Assembly: GCA_965208125.1 (NCBI GenBank)
Contig: OZ242320.1
Location: forward strand, 1,440,001-1,504,000
Direction of reading: 5' to 3'
From: Candidatus Latescibacterota bacterium
GTDB taxonomy: Bacteria; Latescibacterota; UBA2968
Length of the DNA: 64,000 nucleotides
Shown here: piece after piece, positions 1 to 9,736 of the stretch
How the letters are laid out: every line of letters begins with the position of its first letter
How positions within the stretch are numbered: the stretch's first letter is position 1
The notes under the pieces: model-generated
What the model was told of the DNA's origin: nothing
Database searches by the model: none
What the model saw: the letters and a program-made list of their open reading frames with translations, nothing else
Position numbers and translations under genes: made by a program

Positions 1-2
1 AC

Positions 3-1412
3 CAGCGGCGGGAAACCATCAAACAGCAAGTCGAAGCACTCGCCCGAGAAATCGACGGCAACGTGCCCGATGATCCCGACCTGCTCGACGAAGTCACCGA
101 CCTCGTCGAAGCCCCGCACGCGCTTTGCGGCACCTTTGAAAGCGCACGCCTTTCCCTACCCCGCGAAATGCTCGTCGCCGTCATGAAAAAACACCAGCGA
201 TATTTCCCGGTGCTCGACAAAAAAGGCGACCTCAAACCCAACTTCATCACCGTGTGCAATGGGCTACCCGACGACTCCGACCTCGTCATCAAAGGCAATG
301 AAAACGTCATACGCGCCCGATATGCCGACGCCAGATTCTTTTACGAAGACGACACAACCAAAAAACTCGACGCCTTTCTCACGCGCCTGGACACCCTCAC
401 CTTTCAAGAAAAACTCGGCTCTATGCGCGACAAAACCCGCCGCGTTGAAAAACTCGTCGGCGACTTATCTGCCGCGCTTGGGCTTCGTGAAAAAAATAAA
501 AAAACGGCTCTGCGCGCAGCCAAATTGTGCAAAGCCGACCTGGCGACCAGCATGGTCGTTGAAATGACCTCTCTGCAAGGCATCATGGGCCGCTACTACG
601 CCCTGTCTTCCGGTGAAACAGAAGCCGTTGCCCGCGCCATTGAAGACCATTACCATCCGCGCTTCCCGGGCGACTCCCTGCCCCAAACACAACCCGGTCT
701 CGCCGTCTCAATAGCCGACCGCCTCGACAGCCTCGCCGGTCTTTTTGGCGTGGGCATCAAACCCCGCTCAAATGCCGACCCCTATGGTCTCAGGCGCGAT
801 ACCCTGGGCCTGCTTTCAAATCTCCTCGGTCACAAAATGCATTTTTCACTGCGCCATGGCCTCAATGCAGCCGCCAATCACTTGCCCGTTGTGGTGAAAC
901 GGGAAGCCCTCGACGAAGCCTTTGACTACATCATCCGCCGCCTCGAAGTCGTTCTTCGAGACGAGGGCCTGCGCCACGACGCAATTTCCGCTGCAGTTGC
1001 TGCGAATTTGGATGATCCCTATCAAATCCAGCGAATCGCCCGGGCATTTACCTCGCAAATTCATTCCGATCAATGGCTCGATATCCTCCATGCCCATGCG
1101 CGGTGCAAACGCATTGTGCGCGACCTCTCGGAACACTACGACCTCAACCCCGACCGCGACCCCGAAGAAGCCTCCAATACACTGCACAAAGCCTATCTCG
1201 TCGCGCGCAAAACAATGGACACAGCCGACGACAAACTCACCGCCCTGATCCAGGTCATAGCCGAATTGCGCGACCCCATCAACCGCTTCTTCGAAGACGT
1301 GCTCATCATGGTCGATGACCCCGACCTCAAGCAATCGCGCCTCGCCCTTGCCCAACACATCGCCGCCTTGCCCGACGGCATTGCAGACCTGAGCCAGTTT
1401 GAGGGATTTTAA
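3..1412 (+). CDS. glyS: Glycine--tRNA ligase beta subunit, 5'-truncated by window edge
   Basis: Frame open from position 3. Motifs LLDEVTDLVEAP, MKKHQRYFPV, KADLATSMVVEMTSLQGIMG, DPYGLRR, and a C-terminal DALR-like FFEDVLIM. Confidence 0.95.
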   Translation, partial: QRRETIKQQVEALAREIDGNVPDDPDLLDEVTDLVEAPHALCGTFESARLSLPREMLVAVMKKHQRYFPVLDKKGDLKPNFITVCNGLPDDSDLVIKGNENVIRARYADARFFYEDDTTKKLDAFLTRLDTLTFQEKLGSMRDKTRRVEKLVGDLSAALGLREKNKKTALRAAKLCKADLATSMVVEMTSLQGIMGRYYALSSGETEAVARAIEDHYHPRFPGDSLPQTQPGLAVSIADRLDSLAGLFGVGIKPRSNADPYGLRRDTLGLLSNLLGHKMHFSLRHGLNAAANHLPVVVKREALDEAFDYIIRRLEVVLRDEGLRHDAISAAVAANLDDPYQIQRIARAFTSQIHSDQWLDILHAHARCKRIVRDLSEHYDLNPDRDPEEASNTLHKAYLVARKTMDTADDKLTALIQVIAELRDPINRFFEDVLIMVDDPDLKQSRLALAQHIAALPDGIADLSQFEGF

Positions 1413-1417
1413 ACGAG

Positions 1418-2737
1418 TCAAAGCGTTATTTTGGTCTGAATATTCAAAATCCGTTCGCGTCGAAATCCGCCGAAACCATCTGGCAAATAAGTAAATTCGG
1501 CCTCCATTATCACCACCGTATTCTTTACGGGTTCCAGCGCGACCACATATCCAAATCGCGTATTGGGCGTGCCATCGAACAAGCTTTTCAGGCTGATGTT
1601 CCGAAAGCGCTTCTCAAAATACCCCTCTGCCCGTGTCACTTTTTTTATTTTGGGCATCTGTTTCAAAAATTCTGGTATCATACCCGCGCGACCTTCCACA
1701 ATCTGTGCAACGTCGCCATCTCCGCGCAAGTGCTGATAGGACCCACTTGCCACAAAAATGCCGTAAAATCTCACAAGAGCACTGCCAAACACCCCTTGCA
1801 TTGACGCAGGCTGCAATGTAGCTTCGCGCGTGGTAATAGCCCCCGTACGCGGATCGACAAGTGCGCGATTAACATCGTAAAGCGCGTCAAAATGCCCGGC
1901 CTGAAACCGACCGTTCACCCAGCGATACTCCGCCTGCAATCGCGCCGGCCCCACATCAACCATCACACCGGGCAAAGCGAGACCCGTGCCACTATCCTCA
2001 TCCAAAATTCGCCCAGCAGCCGCATACAGCCGCGCCCTTAGATGCCTCCTATCGATAAAGGGATAGCCCACATCAACACTCGCAGATGCAAACGCATCTC
2101 GCGGCAGGTCTGCGCGAATTGAATCGGGCAGACCGCTGAGTTGATCCGCATCTACAACCGCGGTGACGCCCATATCCAATAGCGGAACGGGTTGAAATTC
2201 GACGCGCCCCCCAAAAACCGGTCCACCGCCTTCTAAATCCAACAAATTGCCGATCACGGCGCGTACTGTCAAACGCCTGAAAATATGGCGAATTCTCATG
2301 TCCAAACCCGCGCGTTTTATTCCCGGCGAACCGTGCGTATTGCGATAGTTGCGCATCACCAGCCCTGTGCCCAATGTCACCCATTCTAAAGCACCGACGT
2401 ACAGAGACAACCGCCGATTGCGATCATCGATATCCCCATAGCGCACGTAGTGAATTTTTCGCAACAGGCTCTCCACACCGCTTCGGCGGCTCGAAAAATC
2501 CCAGCCACTGTCCCGAATACGCCCCTCGTGATCTAAAAAAATCTCCAGATCAAAAGCCGCAGATAAGTCCCCAATGCGTATGCGAGGCTGTATATTATAG
2601 CGTTGCCTCTGCTCCTGCTCAACCGTTACAGATCCCAGTATCGCAGACAAGTCCCAGGGAATTCCTATTGCATCTGCTGAAACACCTTCAAAAATCAGCC
2701 CCCAAAACGCGACAATCCAACAAAATCGATACCGCAT
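1418..2737 (-). CDS. Hypothetical exported, probable outer-membrane beta-barrel protein
   Basis: ATG at 2737 preceded by GGAGG. Signal peptide MRYRFCWIVAFWGLIFEGVSA, amphipathic beta-strand pattern, ends QTKITL. Confidence 0.6.
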   Translation of the reverse strand: MRYRFCWIVAFWGLIFEGVSADAIGIPWDLSAILGSVTVEQEQRQRYNIQPRIRIGDLSAAFDLEIFLDHEGRIRDSGWDFSSRRSGVESLLRKIHYVRYGDIDDRNRRLSLYVGALEWVTLGTGLVMRNYRNTHGSPGIKRAGLDMRIRHIFRRLTVRAVIGNLLDLEGGGPVFGGRVEFQPVPLLDMGVTAVVDADQLSGLPDSIRADLPRDAFASASVDVGYPFIDRRHLRARLYAAAGRILDEDSGTGLALPGVMVDVGPARLQAEYRWVNGRFQAGHFDALYDVNRALVDPRTGAITTREATLQPASMQGVFGSALVRFYGIFVASGSYQHLRGDGDVAQIVEGRAGMIPEFLKQMPKIKKVTRAEGYFEKRFRNISLKSLFDGTPNTRFGYVVALEPVKNTVVIMEAEFTYLPDGFGGFRRERILNIQTKITL

Positions 2738-2899
2738 AAAATCGCCTCCAAATGGTTTAGATCCTCTTTTGTTCATTGCCTCAACATAAGACCCTTCTTT
2801 TTTTTTCGTCAAGTACAGAATCGCAAAAAGCGGAACCACCTTATCAGTCAGGCGTTATCAACATAGTCTCACGCACGAGGTTGAAGTGATTGGAACCTA

Positions 2900-2928
2900 T
2901 TGACAAAGACATTTCCTTACAATATTTT
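2900..2928 (+). promoter_or_regulatory. sigma70-type promoter
   Basis: TTGACA-17 nt-TATTTT upstream of the 2982 ATG. Confidence 0.55.
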
Positions 2929-2981
2929 AACAAATACTAAAAACACATTTGGTCCTCCGACTTTTCCATCGGGAGAATACC

Positions 2982-5462
2982 ATGAAAATTGGATTGTGGT
3001 TCTGGATGGTTATCTGCTGTACCTCTTGCATCGCGCTACCTCTTCTTGCAGAAGAAGATGAAACGCCTCAACAAGACAAAGCCTACCGAAATACGATGTT
3101 TGCCCTGGGCCAGCGTCAGATTCAAGCGGGTGAAATCAACGAGGCTATGGCGACCCTGCAACGCATTTTAGAACTTTTTCCCGAAGACGCCCATGTGTAT
3201 TCTCAACTGGGTTATATCTATCTCAAACGGAAAGAATTCAAAGAAGCCGAAGGTGCCTTCAAAACAGCCAAAAAATTCGACAAAAGCCTCGTCGAAGCCT
3301 ATGTTGGGCTTGGCCTTACGTATGCCGAAGCACCCACGCGGGGAATGCAATCTTATTACAATTTCCGCAGAGCCATCAGAGAAGCCAAGCGCGCCACCAA
3401 ACTCGATCCCGACTACGGTCCGGCCTATCGCTTGCTCGGCGAAGTCTATGAGCGATTTCAAGAAGACCACAACAAGGCCATGCAGTATTATCAGAAATAC
3501 GTCGAACTCGAACCCGATAATCCCGAGGGCCTTTATTATTTTAGTTTAGCCTGTGTACAGGCCAAAGCATTTGACAAAATTCGCGAACACATTGCCCCCT
3601 ATCTCTCGGCAAATCCCAACGTCATTCAACTCTTGCCCATTGTTGCACAGGGTCATTTTTACAACGACGAAACGCAAAAAGCCCTCGAACTCTTCGAGCG
3701 TTATCTCGCCAACACCGAAGGCAGTGAACGCGCACACTACACCGATATTTCCTACGTTGCCTCAGATACAGAACTCCAGGAATACCGCGCCGCCACACCG
3801 GGACCCGAACAACAGGCATATCGCGAGCAATTCTGGGCACGGCGCGATCCCGACATTCTCACCAAACTCAACGAGCGCGTCATCGAACACTACCGCCGCA
3901 CCTGGTATGCGCGCACCTATTTTTCATCCAATGTCTATCCCTGGGATGAGCGAGGTGCTGTTTATATCCGATATGGCGAACCCGATTATCGCTCGCGCTC
4001 CAATGATCGCAACTTTGTCCAAACCGCCGACGTAGAGCGCGTACGCACGCAGATGGCCGTTGACATCTACGGTCCCGAAGCGGCCTTTTTCACCTTCACA
4101 GGTCCCGTCTTCCCCATTCGCACCGGTCTCGAAACAGGCTCCCTCTTCGAACCAAGCGACCCTTCTGAACAGATCGACGAGAGTTTTACGTCCGAGGAAG
4201 CCGGCGAAGCTGTCGATGAAACTATGAGCGACCTTGCCGAGGCCGAAGGCGGTGAGGCTGTGGACTTCAGGCTCGGTTTTGCGCGCGATCCATTTGAGCG
4301 CGATGGCACTATCGAAAGCGTCCTCGATGAGCAAACGGGACAGCTCAACACCCGCTTGCAGTTTGGCCGCTATTCGCCTGTTACCATTGGCAGTGAAATC
4401 GATACCGTGCCCTGGGAAACCTGGACCTATATTCAGATCAATGGGGGCATAGAGATTACATTCACCGACGAATGGGGCAATGGACGCTATGACTTTGCCC
4501 CACTGCCCGAAGCCACAACCGAAGATCCCGACGCCATCGCGTATATCGCACGCATGACCGAACACACACCCGAAGTCATCTATCAGCAAGCCGTATCGAC
4601 TTCGCCCGATTTTTATCGCCCTGGACTTCCCGGCGATATACTCAATTTCTACTATGACCTGGCGCACTTTCGCGGTCCAGAAGGACAAACCAATCTCGAG
4701 ATTTATTTCGGCATCCCGCCCGAGCAGGTCGAAATTGAGCAAGAGGCCGATTCGAGTTTCATACACGTACAATTGGCCGTTGCGCTGGCAAATGAGGGTC
4801 ACACATCCATCTATCGCACAACCGATGAGTTCGCGTATCGCGGCGCACAAGTACCCGGCACAACCGAACAAGGTGCTTTTGTGCCTGAAATCATTAAGAC
4901 ACAGGTACCGCCCGGCAAATACGAACTTCAAGTACAAATGAAAGACCTCCTCTCTGGGCGCACTGGACTCTATCGGCAAGAACTCCAGGTCAGAGACTAT
5001 CAAATCCCAGAGCTTCAAGTTAGTGAAATTCAACTGGCTTCGAGTATTGCGGAAGAGGGCGCGACAAAATTTCTAAAAGAAGATGTGTGGATCATTCCCA
5101 TTCCCACGCGCAGTTATGCTATAAAGCAAAATGTCTATGCCTACTTTGAAATCTACAACTTGACCAAAGACACCTTTGGACAAACCCGCTACAAAACCGA
5201 GTACCGCATTCGCTCCAGTGCCATGCCCGCCGTTGGCGTATTTGGCGCAGTGGCCTCGGGGCTGCGCACGATCTTTAGAACCACCAAAGCCCAGGTGGCT
5301 ATATCCAACGAACTCACGGGACGCGAAGCCGACGAGCGCGAATACGTCGAAATCGTACTCAACAAAGTCAAACCCGGCGTCAACGCGCTCGAAGTCATCG
5401 TAACCGATCTGATCAGTGGCCAGAGCGTCGAACGCGAAGTGCGCTTCCGATATGGGAATTAA
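2982..5462 (+). CDS. TPR-repeat, GWxTD-like domain exported protein
   Basis: GGAGA RBS, signal peptide and TPR repeats. FWARRDP...EHYRR...YPWDERGAVYIRYGEPD resembles the GWxTD-domain core (FW..RDP / RG.IYI.YG.PD). Confidence 0.8.
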   Translation: MKIGLWFWMVICCTSCIALPLLAEEDETPQQDKAYRNTMFALGQRQIQAGEINEAMATLQRILELFPEDAHVYSQLGYIYLKRKEFKEAEGAFKTAKKFDKSLVEAYVGLGLTYAEAPTRGMQSYYNFRRAIREAKRATKLDPDYGPAYRLLGEVYERFQEDHNKAMQYYQKYVELEPDNPEGLYYFSLACVQAKAFDKIREHIAPYLSANPNVIQLLPIVAQGHFYNDETQKALELFERYLANTEGSERAHYTDISYVASDTELQEYRAATPGPEQQAYREQFWARRDPDILTKLNERVIEHYRRTWYARTYFSSNVYPWDERGAVYIRYGEPDYRSRSNDRNFVQTADVERVRTQMAVDIYGPEAAFFTFTGPVFPIRTGLETGSLFEPSDPSEQIDESFTSEEAGEAVDETMSDLAEAEGGEAVDFRLGFARDPFERDGTIESVLDEQTGQLNTRLQFGRYSPVTIGSEIDTVPWETWTYIQINGGIEITFTDEWGNGRYDFAPLPEATTEDPDAIAYIARMTEHTPEVIYQQAVSTSPDFYRPGLPGDILNFYYDLAHFRGPEGQTNLEIYFGIPPEQVEIEQEADSSFIHVQLAVALANEGHTSIYRTTDEFAYRGAQVPGTTEQGAFVPEIIKTQVPPGKYELQVQMKDLLSGRTGLYRQELQVRDYQIPELQVSEIQLASSIAEEGATKFLKEDVWIIPIPTRSYAIKQNVYAYFEIYNLTKDTFGQTRYKTEYRIRSSAMPAVGVFGAVASGLRTIFRTTKAQVAISNELTGREADEREYVEIVLNKVKPGVNALEVIVTDLISGQSVEREVRFRYGN

Positions 5463-5473
5463 AACACGCTCTT

Positions 5474-6046
5474 ATGCGCATCATTGCTGGGGAATTTAAG
5501 GGCCGCCGCATCCCCTTTAACAACAAAAAGTACGGCAATGCCCGCGTCACATCCGACTTTGTCAAAAAAGCCGTATTCTCTTCCCTTGGCGAAATCCTCT
5601 ACGGCAGTTATTTCCTCGACCTCTTCTCCTGCTCTGGTCAAATCGGCCTCGAAGCCTGTAGCCGTGGTGCGCAGGTGGTCATCAACGAACCCGACCGCCG
5701 CTGCAACCGCTTCATCGCGCAACTCATACACAATTGGCATCTCAATGACCGCATCTATCTTTACGCGCGATCCGCACAAAAACTCCTACCTCAACTCGCA
5801 CATTCAAATGTCCTATTCGACATCATCTACCTCGACCCCCCCTATAACCAGCAATTAGACGGACAACCCATGTCCTGCGCCATACTCACCCGCCTTGCAA
5901 CAACGCCGATACTCGCGCCCAACGCCCGCATCCTCGTCCAACACGCCTCTCGTACAACACTCCCCAAATCCTTTCCCAACCTCGCCCTGTCCCGAGAAAA
6001 AAAATACGGCGACACAACATTGAGCACATACACCCTCACTTTCTAA
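5474..6046 (+). CDS. rsmD: 16S rRNA m2G966 methyltransferase
   Basis: MRIIAGEFKGR, FLDLFSCSGQIGLEACSRGA, FDIIYLDPPY, KKYGDT. Confidence 0.9.
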   Translation: MRIIAGEFKGRRIPFNNKKYGNARVTSDFVKKAVFSSLGEILYGSYFLDLFSCSGQIGLEACSRGAQVVINEPDRRCNRFIAQLIHNWHLNDRIYLYARSAQKLLPQLAHSNVLFDIIYLDPPYNQQLDGQPMSCAILTRLATTPILAPNARILVQHASRTTLPKSFPNLALSREKKYGDTTLSTYTLTF

Positions 6047-6047
6047 C

Positions 6048-6076
6048 TTGCGATCCATCGCCAAAATCACTATGTT
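6048..6076 (+). promoter_or_regulatory. sigma70-type promoter of the candidate selenoprotein gene
   Basis: TTGCGA-17 nt-TATGTT. Confidence 0.45.
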
Positions 6077-6119
6077 TTAACAATTGCAAAAGCCATTATA
6101 CCTGAAGGAGGAATCAGTA

Positions 6120-6395
6120 ATGGACAAACTCAGTTCCGCTGTCGATTTTAGGCCGCGCAGCCGCCAGCTTTACATGGGCGACATGCCCTGGCTCCCGCGC
6201 ATTACAGATAAAGCCCGCGCAAAACTGCGAGGCTGCATCGGTGACTACGTCTATCCGTGACCAGCTGACCGAAAGTTCCTGGAGGAACTCGGAGTTGAAG
6301 CTGAAGAATTTACAAACATCGTCGCATCCAGCCCGACCGATGCCGAAGTCATCGAAAAAGTAAAACCCATCTGGGACAAGTCGCATTCTAAATAA
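6120..6395 (+). CDS. DUF5069-like small protein with in-frame UGA (candidate selenocysteine, codon 47)
   Basis: AAGGAGG RBS. Translation MDKLSSAVDFRPRSRQLYMGDMPWLPRITDKARAKLRGCIGDYVYP-U-PADRKFLEELGVEAEEFTNIVASSPTDAEVIEKVKPIWDKSHSK. TGA at 6258-6260, TAA at 6393-6395 followed directly by a terminator. Confidence 0.8.
6262..6297 (+). promoter_or_regulatory. Bacterial SECIS-like stem-loop
   Basis: AGTTCC-(TGGA)-GGAACT apical stem with the loop 19 nt after the UGA. Extended by CCG/CGG and CAGCT/AGTTG. Confidence 0.7.
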
Positions 6396-6396
6396 C

Positions 6397-6429
6397 AAAA
6401 AAGCCGCCACATTGTGTGGCGGCTTTTTT
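6397..6429. terminator. Bidirectional intrinsic terminator
   Basis: AAAAAAGCCGCCACA-TTG-TGTGGCGGCTTTTTT between convergent genes. Confidence 0.85.
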
Positions 6430-6443
6430 ATTGCCATTATAGA

Positions 6444-9400
6444 TCACGACCCCAATCTTTCGCCCCCATTTCTTAGAGCCACTGGTTTTCCACCCACCGG
6501 TTTGCCAAATCCCTGTACAAAAATCAGAAAATCGCTGAACCCCACCATGCCATTGCCATCCAGATCGTATTTTTTTTCAAAACCCGCATCACCCTCCGAC
6601 AGACCAAACTTACCGGCAAAAAGCAAAAAATCTGTGAACCCTACCGCACCATCCCCATCAAAATCCAGATTTGCAACACCGATACCCGGCCTGATCAGTT
6701 TCACCTCTACGCTCTTGCCATCCTGACAGATAAACGCCACAACCGTCTGATCCTCGCCTCCATCTACAATCTCTGCCAGTTCATAGGACTGATCCAAACG
6801 CCATTTTCCGCGCACCGTCACCTCTACCTTCCGAGGCTCACTCGCCTGATTGACAATTAGCGACCCATCCTGCCGGTGCGGCGTCTGAATCTCCCAATTC
6901 CACCCAAAATCCGGATCAGCCACCGAAAGCAACAACCCATCACCTATCTCGCGGGACATCACCAAACTCGGCAAAGACACAGACTCAATCTGACCTTTCG
7001 TCGGCCTTGCATCCGCATCGAACAGCGCATAGCCCGTCGCCTTCATCCCTCGATGATGCACAATATGTGCCTCGCGATCTCGTTGCCACACATCGTATTC
7101 CGGTGAACTCGCAAACGCGCTTACCCTATCAGGCGACCTCTGAACCAGCACCGCATAGTGATATGACGCATCCTGAGGCATAGGACCGTGATCTACATAC
7201 GCCAATTCAAAAGTTCCTGTACCACCCTCTTCACCAAAATCTCCGGGGGCTTGCACCTGGCGCTGCACCCGTAGCCCTTCACCATCCGGAACCACATACC
7301 CATTGCCCAATGAATCCATCAGCCATGCCCTCTGCCCCTTTGTTCCCGCAAACGCATAAGGAATCGTCTGCACACGCTCCCCATTCACCCCCGTAGGCCG
7401 ATCCTCAGAAATAGCCGCCTGAAACAGAGGCGTCACCGTCGCATGCCCGCCATCATCATTCTCAATACCAGACCCCAGGCAAACAAGCACATCGTCAAAA
7501 CAAAACACCGTCTTAACCGCCCGAAAACTCGTATTGAATCTCGTATCGTGCAGCTTCAATGCAAACACACCGTCTTGCCCTTCAATATTCACCCCACCCA
7601 CAAAAGTCTCATCCGAAAAATTGCGGTCACGTCCCTCGTGTTTGAGCTGCTCATGGCTCAGGCGAATCACCGTCGTACCGGGCCACATACTCCAATCCCA
7701 CCCATCTCGCACAATCCCACTCGCCTCACGCGTGACCGGGTCGCCACTGCCGTAAATCAGCATCGAACCATAGCTCAGATAACGACCGAGTTGATTTTCC
7801 CCACCGGCTGACGATTCAAAATCCCACACGTACTTGCTCCACCCCTTCATACTCACCATCCAGTCCCCACGCCGATGTATGGACAGCGCGCCATAAGGCA
7901 ACGTCCAGTGCCCAGAAGGTGCAGCGATCGGCGGGTATCCCGCACTTGCAAAATCCATCATCATCTGCATCGCACCCGGCGTGTGCAAATACATAATCCG
8001 AGAAGCTACCTGTTCGAACAAACCCTCTATCAGCAACTGCGATTGAGGTCTCCAGAGTTGCATAAACGTACCCGCCAGTTCTGCATCCACCGAAGGAAAG
8101 CTCAAAGCCATATACATATACGCTGGCAAAAGACCATCGGTAACCGTTGTATTAAGCGGAAAGCGACCACCGATAGCTGTTGAAATATCATACGTATTCG
8201 TCATAACTTTGGCCGTCAACAGCGCCTGCTTCAAATTATCGCGCCTATCATCTGCAACCGCAAAAGGCGTATCGCGCAGCAAATACACCAGAATTGAAGC
8301 CACATGAAAAGCATGTGGCGCATACGCATTGGCGTAAATACCCCGATGGTGAAAACCCACAAAATCCGGCTTAATCGTATCCAACCACCCCGGCGCAATA
8401 TCCAGCGCATTATTCAACCACGCCACATAGCGATGCATATTCGCCACCTTCTCGGGCGTATCCTCCATCATCAAAATACACAACAACCGATACATCCCTA
8501 CCGAACGCAAAAAATCTGCATTCGTGCCCGGATCCCAGTCCTCTTCATATAACTCGCCAAACATGCTATACCATTTCAAACTCGCCAATTCCCGTTCCAG
8601 CCGCTCCGTATCCTCCAGAATATCCCGCATCAAATACACGGCATGGGCATAGCTCGCAATCCGCAAAAACTCGTGATGCAATGCGCCAACACCACTGCCA
8701 TCTGCCCATCCTTGATCGTGCAAATAATCGAAAACATCTATCACCCGATCACGCGCCTCATCATTCCCATTCAACCGATAATCCAGCACCAGACGCAACA
8801 AAACATTTTGAAAAACACTCTGAAAATAGGGCCTGTAGGATGATCGAGCCGCAAACAGGGGTTTACCCAGAATGAGGTCATCTTCCCGCCGAATCTCGTA
8901 ATTTGCGAGATTGCTATGCCCACGCCTTATATAGGCTGTAAGTTCATTGAGCCGAATCCTCACAGGCTCCCGCTGATCATTCTTCACCCCATCACCTATC
9001 ACCCACGCCTCATACCGCGCCGCAATCGTCTCAAGAGCCAGCCTCTCATCATCGGTAATCTGCGAAGGAAGCGGACCCGGCAATCTATTCAGACTCCATC
9101 TGTATTCGCGGGTTCTCTCGCCACTTGTATTTATACCTCCATTCACAAATGGAACCTGTGCATCGGGAGATCGCCTGGAGTCAATCCTTTCCAATAACTC
9201 CATCAAATCCAGATACACAGTCCCGCTATTTGGCGCACGGATATCAAACGCCGTCACCCGTCCATTTCTCGGACCCGTATAAGAATTATTCCGCGCATCC
9301 TCTTGCAAATTGATCCACATCGCCCGCCAGCCTGTAAAATTCAAGCCAAACTCAAATTGATAACGCGGATTATTTGCTGCCAATTCAGATCCCGTACCAA

Positions 9401-9716
9401 ACCCAAATGTCAGCACCTCATTGAGCGCCTCCTCGTTGTACACCCACGCCCGAAACCCGTTCAGTACCTCGCTGCGGCCCAGCGTGGGATCCGTGAACAA
9501 AAGCCGCCCGTTATTCTGCCATGTCCATTTGAGAGATTGTGCTCCCCATTTGTAACGCCTCGTCGAAAGCGACACCTCGCTACCTTCATCTGCCTGAAAG
9601 GCTTCTGACATCTCCTCAAAATCATAGTGCCATGGTGTATTCTGTGCCATCGCCGCATTGACCATGCCTATCGCACCCCCTGCAAAAATAATTACCCATC
9701 TCCGCAAGTCCATCAC
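6444..9716 (-). CDS. Chondroitin ABC lyase-like polysaccharide lyase family 8 with C-terminal dockerin/EF-hand-like module
   Basis: Signal peptide, SLSTRRYKWGAQSLKWTW, FGLNFTGWRA, DQGWADGSG, GFHHRGIY, GRYLSYGS, GWDWSMWPGTT. C-terminal DFDGDGAVGFTDF and DLDGNGMVGFSDF. Confidence 0.85.
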   Translation of the reverse strand: MMDLRRWVIIFAGGAIGMVNAAMAQNTPWHYDFEEMSEAFQADEGSEVSLSTRRYKWGAQSLKWTWQNNGRLLFTDPTLGRSEVLNGFRAWVYNEEALNEVLTFGFGTGSELAANNPRYQFEFGLNFTGWRAMWINLQEDARNNSYTGPRNGRVTAFDIRAPNSGTVYLDLMELLERIDSRRSPDAQVPFVNGGINTSGERTREYRWSLNRLPGPLPSQITDDERLALETIAARYEAWVIGDGVKNDQREPVRIRLNELTAYIRRGHSNLANYEIRREDDLILGKPLFAARSSYRPYFQSVFQNVLLRLVLDYRLNGNDEARDRVIDVFDYLHDQGWADGSGVGALHHEFLRIASYAHAVYLMRDILEDTERLERELASLKWYSMFGELYEEDWDPGTNADFLRSVGMYRLLCILMMEDTPEKVANMHRYVAWLNNALDIAPGWLDTIKPDFVGFHHRGIYANAYAPHAFHVASILVYLLRDTPFAVADDRRDNLKQALLTAKVMTNTYDISTAIGGRFPLNTTVTDGLLPAYMYMALSFPSVDAELAGTFMQLWRPQSQLLIEGLFEQVASRIMYLHTPGAMQMMMDFASAGYPPIAAPSGHWTLPYGALSIHRRGDWMVSMKGWSKYVWDFESSAGGENQLGRYLSYGSMLIYGSGDPVTREASGIVRDGWDWSMWPGTTVIRLSHEQLKHEGRDRNFSDETFVGGVNIEGQDGVFALKLHDTRFNTSFRAVKTVFCFDDVLVCLGSGIENDDGGHATVTPLFQAAISEDRPTGVNGERVQTIPYAFAGTKGQRAWLMDSLGNGYVVPDGEGLRVQRQVQAPGDFGEEGGTGTFELAYVDHGPMPQDASYHYAVLVQRSPDRVSAFASSPEYDVWQRDREAHIVHHRGMKATGYALFDADARPTKGQIESVSLPSLVMSREIGDGLLLSVADPDFGWNWEIQTPHRQDGSLIVNQASEPRKVEVTVRGKWRLDQSYELAEIVDGGEDQTVVAFICQDGKSVEVKLIRPGIGVANLDFDGDGAVGFTDFLLFAGKFGLSEGDAGFEKKYDLDGNGMVGFSDFLIFVQGFGKPVGGKPVALRNGGERLGS

Positions 9717-9736
9717 AAGCCCCTTTGCACTTTCAT

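Noticed and set aside
3924-5033. Long antisense ORFs (e.g. 369 aa here, 27947-28819, 60156-60866)
   Set aside because: Shadows of well-supported genes on the opposite strand.
6114-6437. 107-aa minus-strand ORF from the track
   Set aside because: Starts inside the terminator and has no RBS. It is the antisense shadow of the + strand UGA-containing gene.
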